Below, piece after piece: positions 15,068 to 20,668 of a stretch of DNA of 20,668 nucleotides; positions within the stretch are counted from its first letter, which is position 1; every line of letters begins with the position of its first letter. The notes beneath the pieces were generated by a model. It was given only the letters and a program-made list of their open reading frames with translations, was not told the DNA's origin and made no database searches. This stretch comes from a virus. The stretch is taken from positions 79,962 through 100,629 of IMG/VR virus record IMGVR_UViG_3300011429_000001, one strand, 5' to 3'. Made by a program: the position numbers and the translations under genes.

Positions 15068-15957
15068 GCCGCGGCCTCCGCCTTTACCGGTGGCGCGAAG
15101 CCGTACTCGGACATCGCGTCGAGGATCCGTTTGGCCTTCGTCGCCGTATCGGCGCGGAGGGCATCGTCTTTGCGGAGGTCGGCGAGGTCGAGCTGCGCGA
15201 GCTCGCGCTCGACGCGGACGCGCATTGCTTCGAGGCGCTCGTCTCCGGCGACGTTCAACCGGCCGAGGACGTCGCAGACCGTCCGCGCGTTCTCGATAAG
15301 CGTGCCGCGGACGACGCCGTCAGGTTGGCTCGCCTTATGGATACGGGCGACCGCTTCGGCGAGGCGCTCCCACGCGCCGCGCATCGCCTCCTGCGTCGCG
15401 CTCGCCGACCGGGCCTCGACTTCGGCCGCGATGGTCGCGAGTTGATCCGCCGGGAGGTCGACGCGGAAGTCGCCGTCGGGCACCTTATCGTAGGAGATCG
15501 TCCACGAGAACCGGTGCCGCACGTCGCCCGGCTTCGGGTACTCGGCGCGGTTGAACAACTCGCCGAGCGCGGTGTCGCGTTTCTCGGCGGCGTCGATCAA
15601 CGACGGGTAGGCGTCGACGAACTCGGCGAGCTTCTCGGAGGCCGACGCGAAGTGCTTCCGCATCGTCTCGCTGTACTGAAAGAAGTTCGCCGTCGGCAAA
15701 AGCCGCGAGCCCTTATCGCTCCACGGCAACGTCTGCCCGTAGTGGACGTCGCGCAGCATCTCGCACGCGGCGAGGAGCGCCTCGTGTTCCTTCGCTCCGG
15801 CGAGGAGGTACTTATTGTAGCGGCCAGCCTTCGAGCTGGCCGCGTTCTTCGTATTGACCTGCGCCGTCGCGCCCTTGTCGAACTTCCGCGCGGTCCACGT
15901 CGAGACGTGAAGCTGCACGAGCATCGCTCGCGCGGAGACGTTTGTGTAGTCGGTCAT
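15064..15957 (-). CDS. DUF3150-like protein
   Basis: MLVQLHVSTWTARKFD...TLPWSDKGSRLLP...LGELFNRAEYP...DFRVD pattern; located between the AAA and vWA genes. Confidence 0.7.
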   Translation of the reverse strand: MTDYTNVSARAMLVQLHVSTWTARKFDKGATAQVNTKNAASSKAGRYNKYLLAGAKEHEALLAACEMLRDVHYGQTLPWSDKGSRLLPTANFFQYSETMRKHFASASEKLAEFVDAYPSLIDAAEKRDTALGELFNRAEYPKPGDVRHRFSWTISYDKVPDGDFRVDLPADQLATIAAEVEARSASATQEAMRGAWERLAEAVARIHKASQPDGVVRGTLIENARTVCDVLGRLNVAGDERLEAMRVRVERELAQLDLADLRKDDALRADTATKAKRILDAMSEYGFAPPVKAEAAA

Positions 15958-16229
15958 TGTTGCTCCTTCTGAACGCGTTCGTTGTATGCGGCGCGCTGCC
16001 GCGCTATCTCCTCGCCGAACTCGGCGTCATCTATAAGGATGTCCGCGAGCTCGACGGCGATCTCGATAAAGATCCGACTCTGGAGGAAGGCTCCCTGCTT
16101 CCCCTTAGCAGTGAGCTCCCAGAACCGACCGACGAGCGCCAGCGCTGCGGCGCGGCGCTCGCCGCGCTGAAGTAGTAACCACACCTCGTCGCGCACCGCG
16201 ACGAAGTCGACGTCGACTTCCACGTCCAC
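15954..16229 (-). CDS. Hypothetical protein (91 aa)
   Basis: Starts 1 nt after the AAA stop; ATGA overlap downstream. Confidence 0.65.
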   Translation of the reverse strand: MDVEVDVDFVAVRDEVWLLLQRGERRAAALALVGRFWELTAKGKQGAFLQSRIFIEIAVELADILIDDAEFGEEIARQRAAYNERVQKEQQ

Positions 16230-16230
16230 G

Positions 16231-17259
16231 TTACTGCCCCGTCCCGGCGATCAGCGAGCCGAGCTCGCCGGACGCGAGCTTGACGAACGCCGCCGTCTGC
16301 ATGATGCTCCCGTCCTTCCGGACGCAGTCGCGGAGGAGGAGCGCGGCGAACTCGCCGTGCTGCGCCATCGTCAGGCGCTCGGCGTAGCGCGCGATCTTCG
16401 GGAAGTTCTTCGGCGTGACGCGCATCCCGAGCGCGGTCACGACGGCGTAGAGCGTCGACGGCTGCGTCGGCAGCGCGCTCGCATCCGGGTCGGTCAGGAT
16501 GCTATCGATCGTCGGGAGCTCCAAGTAGAGACGCAGGAACGCGGAGAACGCGACCGCCGTACCGTCGCCGACCGCGCCTGAGATCGCCGCGAGCTGCACC
16601 GCTGGCGGCAGCTGTAGCGGGAGGAGCTTCGCGACGTGGTGCCACGTGCGCGGGACCGGCGAGTTCGTTAGGTCCGCGCTCGGCTTGAAGTCGTTGAAGT
16701 ACTGCGGGAACGCGCGGATGAACGCGACGACCTCCGCCGGGATCCCGTTCGAGAGCGCCCAGACGCACCAGTCGTCCGGGTTCGCTTCGAGCTCGACGAT
16801 CGACGCGAAGCGGCTCTTCACCGGTTCGAGGATGCCGCTGACGCCCGCGCGGTCCGTGCGTCGGTTCGTCGCGGCGACGAAGGTCACGCAGTCCGGGAGC
16901 TTGTGGTTGTTGACGCGACGCGCGAGGAGCAGTTGCATATAGCTCGCCTGTACCGCTGGCGGCGCCTGACCGAGATCGTCGAGGAACCAGACGGTCTCCT
17001 TCGTCGCGCTAATCGCGCGGGCGAGCTCGCCGAACGGGAGGAAGTTCGCCGACTTCCCGTCCTTGTCCGGCCACGGCAAGCCCTTCGCATTCGTCGGGTC
17101 CTCGACGACCGGGTGCGAGAGGATCATATCGGCGCCCGCGTCGACGCAGGCCTTCTCGACGATGGCCGACTTACCGATACCGGGCGAGCCGGTAATGAGG
17201 ATCGGGAGGCGAGCTTTGATTGCGGCGCCAAGGAATTGCGCGAGGGCTGATGGTGTCAT
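16231..17259 (-). CDS. MoxR/CbbQ-like AAA+ ATPase
   Basis: Walker A GSPGIGKS, Walker B WFLDD, sensor-1 AATNR, Arg finger KSRF, sensor-2 PRTW. Confidence 0.92.
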   Translation of the reverse strand: MTPSALAQFLGAAIKARLPILITGSPGIGKSAIVEKACVDAGADMILSHPVVEDPTNAKGLPWPDKDGKSANFLPFGELARAISATKETVWFLDDLGQAPPAVQASYMQLLLARRVNNHKLPDCVTFVAATNRRTDRAGVSGILEPVKSRFASIVELEANPDDWCVWALSNGIPAEVVAFIRAFPQYFNDFKPSADLTNSPVPRTWHHVAKLLPLQLPPAVQLAAISGAVGDGTAVAFSAFLRLYLELPTIDSILTDPDASALPTQPSTLYAVVTALGMRVTPKNFPKIARYAERLTMAQHGEFAALLLRDCVRKDGSIMQTAAFVKLASGELGSLIAGTGQ

Positions 17260-17275
17260 TTTTGTTCTGCTGCTC

Positions 17276-17590
17276 CTATGAATTGCCGCGACCGCGGCGG
17301 CGACGACGATCGGTGGACGATTTAATTTCCGACGTTGCGATTTGCTCGGCGCAATCGCGTAGCCTAAACGGCGTGTCGGTTAGGCGTTGGTAGGCGTTCG
17401 CGTGCGCCATGTTCTTCCAATGCCGAGAGTTGCAATGGCCGCAGTTCGTATAGCTCGTATCGAGCAGCACGAGCGCCGTCTCGATTAGCTTCGCGGCTTC
17501 GAGTAACTTCCTCGACGCCGCGTCGTTCTTCTCTTCCTGCGTGGCCGCTCGGCCGTCGCCGGTCGTGATGATGACGTTGTCGTTTTCCAC
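17276..17590 (-). CDS. Hypothetical protein (104 aa, CGHC)
   Basis: Start moved to GTG 17590 (TAGTG overlap, AGAGGA SD). Confidence 0.65.
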   Translation of the reverse strand: MENDNVIITTGDGRAATQEEKNDAASRKLLEAAKLIETALVLLDTSYTNCGHCNSRHWKNMAHANAYQRLTDTPFRLRDCAEQIATSEIKSSTDRRRRRGRGNS

Positions 17591-17730
17591 TAGAGTTCCT
17601 CTTTGTGTTTTTCGAGGCACGTCGGGCAAATCGTATGCGAGACGGGCTCGATGCCGGGACTAACTTCTTCCTTGCACCACGCGCAGACGACCCTGTGCGC
17701 GGGCGGCTTCGTTTCGGTTGGTTGCTTCAT
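17590..17730 (-). CDS. Small Zn-finger protein (CAWC...SHTICPTC)
   Basis: Start moved to ATG 17730 (ATGA overlap). Confidence 0.75.
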   Translation of the reverse strand: MKQPTETKPPAHRVVCAWCKEEVSPGIEPVSHTICPTCLEKHKEEL

Positions 17731-17948
17731 GGCGCCGCGTGCCCTTGGATAACCGACGCGACGAGATCCTCCCACGCTTCTTCGTTCGAGCCGAGGTCGT
17801 CGTAGGCGGACATCGCTGCGTCGACGCAGGCGTCGACCGTATCTTCATCGAGCCCGGCGGCCTCGGCTTCGAGCCGAACGCCGTCGCGGGCCTTGGTTCG
17901 TTCGACGTCGAGGCGCTGACGAACGGCTTCGACTTGGTCGGTCTTCAT
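17727..17948 (-). CDS. Acidic hypothetical protein (73 aa)
   Basis: Start moved to ATG 17948 (ATGA overlap, GAGGAG SD). Confidence 0.7.
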   Translation of the reverse strand: MKTDQVEAVRQRLDVERTKARDGVRLEAEAAGLDEDTVDACVDAAMSAYDDLGSNEEAWEDLVASVIQGHAAP

Positions 17949-18118
17949 CGCTTCTCCTCGCAGTACTCGCACTTCGGGCACGAGCGGAACGTGACGTTAT
18001 CGTTGAGCGCGGCGCCGCACTGCGGGCACGCGACTGGCGGCTCCGGTTCGCGCAGGACGCGTCGAACGACGTAGCCGCGCTTCCACTCCGGCGGTCCGAG
18101 TCGTTCTATAGTCCCCAC
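17945..18118 (-). CDS. Small Zn-ribbon protein (CPQC...CPKC)
   Basis: Start moved to GTG 18118 (GGAGG SD). Confidence 0.7.
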   Translation of the reverse strand: MGTIERLGPPEWKRGYVVRRVLREPEPPVACPQCGAALNDNVTFRSCPKCEYCEEKR

Positions 18119-18318
18119 GGGTCGACGCCTCCACGGATAACTAGGTCGACCGCGCGCGACCGCTTCTTCGAGCGCGACGCCCACACCGTCTTACCCTCGG
18201 CGAACGTCGCGTAGCCCGCGCGCTTCTTCGCGCGCTCGAACCGGTCGCGGTCGGCGCGGTTACGGAACCAGAACCGGCGCCCGGGTCCCTGCACTTCGCT
18301 CTCGGTGTAGAGCTTCAT
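18106..18318 (-). CDS. Basic hypothetical protein (70 aa)
   Basis: Start moved to ATG 18318 (ATGA overlap). Confidence 0.65.
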   Translation of the reverse strand: MKLYTESEVQGPGRRFWFRNRADRDRFERAKKRAGYATFAEGKTVWASRSKKRSRAVDLVIRGGVDPWGL

Positions 18319-18716
18319 TGTATGGCCCTCTCGAAGTAGCTCCGCGCCTGCGTCTTGCCGACCGCGATATAGCGAACGATGAAGCGGCCGTTCGGCGAGC
18401 GCATCGCGAAGTGGCCGTCGACGACCGTCTCGGTCCAGCCGCGGCTTCCGAGGATCCCGACCTCGTAGTGCATCGCGACGCGCTTCGTCTGCCCGTCGTA
18501 CTTCCCGGCGTCGGCTTTCCACGACCGGACGAACTTATCGAGCTCGCCGTCCGGGAGCGTCGCGCCGAACCGCTCGCCGCGGGCGAGCTCGTCGTAGGTA
18601 TAGGCGCACATCCGCGCGACCTTCGCCATCGCGTCGGAGAGGTCCGAGATAACCGGACCGAACGCCGACCCGAAGGTGTTCTGCATCGCTCTGATCGCTT
18701 CGTTCGTCTTCGTCAT
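18315..18716 (-). CDS. Hypothetical protein (133 aa)
   Basis: Start moved to ATG 18716 (ATGA overlap, GGAGG SD). Confidence 0.7.
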   Translation of the reverse strand: MTKTNEAIRAMQNTFGSAFGPVISDLSDAMAKVARMCAYTYDELARGERFGATLPDGELDKFVRSWKADAGKYDGQTKRVAMHYEVGILGSRGWTETVVDGHFAMRSPNGRFIVRYIAVGKTQARSYFERAIQ

Positions 18717-19015
18717 TGCGCCTCCACGAGTTCCGTCCGTTCGTAATACTTGCGACCGCCGACCGGCGCGTCGAGGATATAGATGTCGACGCCGTCTTCG
18801 CGTTCGCGCTTCGTTATCTCGCGCGGCTCGTTCGAGCCGAGGACTACGACCGCGTCGCCGACTTTGAATCGACGCTGCGGTCGAGGCTTCGCGGTTCCCT
18901 TTACCGGTCCGGTCGTACCCCACCGGCGACGGCCGCAGAAGCAGGGCGTACCCGGCGCCGTCTTCGCGCTCGGCGCGTTCTGCGGATAACAGTGATCGAG
19001 CGACGTGCAGGTCAT
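18713..19015 (-). CDS. Cys/His N-terminus plus SH3/KOW-like beta-barrel protein
   Basis: CTSLDHC...CFC; RFKVGDAVVV...EIT...Y.L....Y...EL. Confidence 0.65.
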   Translation of the reverse strand: MTCTSLDHCYPQNAPSAKTAPGTPCFCGRRRWGTTGPVKGTAKPRPQRRFKVGDAVVVLGSNEPREITKREREDGVDIYILDAPVGGRKYYERTELVEAQ

Positions 19016-19210
19016 CTACTTAACCTCGACGTCGCCGAGCTTGAAGGTGAGCGGCTTCACGAGCTTAACGTTGCCGCGGTTCGCGATGACGACGACTTCC
19101 GCCGCGCGCGGCGTCGAGACGACCGGGTCGGCCGCGCTCGTGCGCGGCATCGACGCGCGCATCATCTTCTCTTCGACCGCGAGGAACTTACGAAGGGTAG
19201 CTGCTCTCAT
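19016..19210 (-). CDS. Hypothetical protein (64 aa)
   Basis: Start moved to ATG 19210 (GGAG SD). Confidence 0.6.
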   Translation of the reverse strand: MRAATLRKFLAVEEKMMRASMPRTSAADPVVSTPRAAEVVVIANRGNVKLVKPLTFKLGDVEVK

Positions 19211-19256
19211 TGTCGTTTCTCCATGGCGGCGCAATGGCCGCGAACGCGTTACCGAT

Positions 19257-19412
19257 TTACATCCGACTCAGAACTCGATCGACGACCTTCGCGCTCAGGC
19301 TGACCTGGTAGAACGCGAGATACTTCAGGACCGCCGCCATCTGCGCGGCGGACAGGCTCGCGAGCTTCGCGTCGAGCGCGGCTCGCTGCGCGGGATACAA
19401 CATCTTGGCCAT
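19257..19412 (-). CDS. Small helical hypothetical protein (51 aa)
   Basis: Not in ORF track; GAGGAGG SD; MAKMLYPAQRAALDAKLASLSAAQMAAVLKYLAFYQVSLSAKVVDRVLSRM. Confidence 0.7.
   Translation of the reverse strand: MAKMLYPAQRAALDAKLASLSAAQMAAVLKYLAFYQVSLSAKVVDRVLSRM
19395..19410. promoter_or_regulatory. NrdR-box-like operator (copy 2), at the start of the 51-aa gene
   Basis: ataCAACATCTTGgcc; 13 bp identical to the reverse complement of 1902-1914. Confidence 0.35.
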
Positions 19413-19429
19413 CCTCGGCCTCCTCTCTT

Positions 19430-19690
19430 CTATCGAATGACGATGAACTTCGGTTCGTCGTCGCCGAGCGCATCTTCGTCGTCCGGGTTGTCCGAGATCG
19501 CGAAGCCGCTGTTGCTGTAGGCCGACTCGGTGACGATGACTTCCTCGACCTCGCCGCGAATGCCGAGCGCCTGCTCGGTGTGGCCGCGGTCGCCGTAGTC
19601 GGTCGCGAAGATGACGAGCGCGTCGTCCGGCGCGTCGTCGTCTTCGAGGAGATCGATGAGTTCGCGCTTCGTGATCGTTTTCAGGTTCAT
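19430..19690 (-). CDS. Highly acidic small protein (86 aa)
   Basis: Start moved to ATG 19690; 23 D/E versus 7 K/R. Confidence 0.75.
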   Translation of the reverse strand: MNLKTITKRELIDLLEDDDAPDDALVIFATDYGDRGHTEQALGIRGEVEEVIVTESAYSNSGFAISDNPDDEDALGDDEPKFIVIR

Positions 19691-19692
19691 CG

Positions 19693-20091
19693 CTAATCCC
19701 TCTCGTCTACGTGTTTGAAGTAACCGCAGCCGACAGGATGGAAGCATCCGTCGGTAAGTCCGTCGCCCGGCTTGCAACCGCATCCGGGACACGCTTCGTC
19801 GTCGACCGGCGGCGCGATGTGCGAGAGCCGCACGGCCTCGACCGTCGCGATCCGGTAGGCGACCTTCCAGTCGTCGGCGGTCGCGCCGTAGGGATACGCG
19901 GCGACGAGCTTCGCCGGTTCCTGCACCTTGTCGCTCGGTTCGCTCATCGCGTGCGCTTCGGCGAGGAGGATGTGCGAGCTGTTGTTCGTCAGGATAAAGT
20001 AGCGGACCATCTCGTCGTCGACGCTCTGGACTTGCGCCAGAGCGTCGTAGCCGAACATGTCGAAGAACTCGCCGGTCTGTAGGTTCGCCAT
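19693..20091 (-). CDS. Hypothetical protein with a C-terminal Cys/His cluster
   Basis: CPGCGC...GCFHPVGCGYF; TAATG-coupled start. Confidence 0.75.
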   Translation of the reverse strand: MANLQTGEFFDMFGYDALAQVQSVDDEMVRYFILTNNSSHILLAEAHAMSEPSDKVQEPAKLVAAYPYGATADDWKVAYRIATVEAVRLSHIAPPVDDEACPGCGCKPGDGLTDGCFHPVGCGYFKHVDERD

Positions 20092-20668
20092 TAGACTGCT
20101 GCTCCATTCTGCTTCGCCGCGAGGCGAGCGATCCGATCCTTACACTTCGGGCACGTTACCTTCGACTCGTCGCTCGTGTTGTTGTAGCCGCCGCGCTGCG
20201 CGCCCATCATCGAGGCCGCGCACGCCTTACCGCCCATCCGCTTCGAGTAGAGGTGAAGGAGCGGCGCGCCCTTCGCTTCGACCGTCACGGCGACGGGCTC
20301 GGCTGCGGTCCACTCGGCGACCTTCTTCTCGAACTCCTTCGCCGTATAAAGCGCCGACGACGCGCGCTGGTCGAGCTCGACCGCGTAGCGTGCGCGCTGC
20401 GTCTCGGTCGGGTTCTCGACGATTTGGTATTGAACGATGTTGCGGCCGAGCGGGACGCGACGCTCGACGATGCCGCGACCGGCGGCGACTTCGTTGCTCT
20501 CGAAGCGGAGGCGCGTCGACGTTTCGCGGAGGCGAGCGACGAGCGACGTCGTGAAGTCGCGACCGGCTTCCGTGCCGAAGTGCGCGGCGCCCGCGCCGCT
20601 ACAGGTTCCGACGTTCGAGTGCCATTGTTGCGGGCGGCGGTAGCCGTGCGCGACGAGGCGTCCACTAC
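20091..20668 (-). CDS. Hypothetical protein, 5' end beyond window; HGY.RP...C motif and C-terminal Zn finger
   Basis: The frame of the 65-aa track ORF stays open to the window edge (SGRLVAHGYRRPQQWHSNVGTCSG...); ends H...KAC...VTCPKC. Confidence 0.75.
   Translation of the reverse strand, partial: SGRLVAHGYRRPQQWHSNVGTCSGAGAAHFGTEAGRDFTTSLVARLRETSTRLRFESNEVAAGRGIVERRVPLGRNIVQYQIVENPTETQRARYAVELDQRASSALYTAKEFEKKVAEWTAAEPVAVTVEAKGAPLLHLYSKRMGGKACAASMMGAQRGGYNNTSDESKVTCPKCKDRIARLAAKQNGAAV

Larger units (their letters stand above)
1..20668 (-). mobile_element. Bacteriophage/prophage early-middle gene region (continues beyond both window edges)
   Basis: ~45 co-oriented, overlapping small genes; phage-typical families (KTSC, ParB-N-like, SLOG, DUF6283-like, AAA/vWA trio, SF2 helicase); no housekeeping genes. 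Confidence 0.88.

Noticed and set aside
16960-17000. Walker B 'DD' instead of 'DE' as a sign of an inactive ATPase
   Set aside because: All other AAA motifs are intact and, from recollection, FLDDLGQA occurs in this subfamily; not evidence of decay.
325-20643. All plus-strand ORFs in the track
   Set aside because: They lie antisense to well-coupled minus-strand genes, are R/A/L/V-rich and carry no motifs; typical GC-rich shadow frames.
20285-20665. 126-aa S/R-rich ORF
   Set aside because: The alternative frame, continuous with 20091-20288, is far more protein-like.
1-20668. Haloarchaeal virus origin (abundant TCGA/GTCGAC; CTC/GTC codons)
   Set aside because: Most proteins are not acidic and many are strongly basic; the host cannot be assigned from this window.

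Overview
GC-rich window (roughly two-thirds G+C by eye) that reads as the early/middle (host-takeover and replication) arm of a bacteriophage or prophage. About 45 genes, nearly all short and hypothetical, lie on the minus strand and are mostly translationally coupled through ATGA/GTGA/TAATG/TAGTG overlaps. No structural, lysis, integrase, tRNA or CRISPR features are visible. Recognisable products: KTSC-domain protein (truncated at the left edge), YkgJ-type Cys-cluster protein, SF2 DExH helicase, transglutaminase-like Cys-His-Asp protein, ParB-N-like (NGQHR) protein, SLOG/DprA-like protein, two DUF6283-like proteins, and a MoxR-type AAA+ / DUF3150-like / DUF2201 metallopeptidase-vWA trio. The most unusual observations are non-coding: a ~470-nt hairpin-dense intergenic region with mutually exclusive folds; a 13-bp NrdR-box-like word present twice; a recurrent start-associated motif (AGGAGCAGCAG); and exact direct repeats at gene junctions (17 bp and 13 bp) that bracket gene blocks like cassettes. 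About 18 of the 45 proteins carry Cys/His metal-binding motifs. All family assignments come from motif recognition, not database searches. Several starts were corrected relative to the ORF track, and three genes it misses were added.
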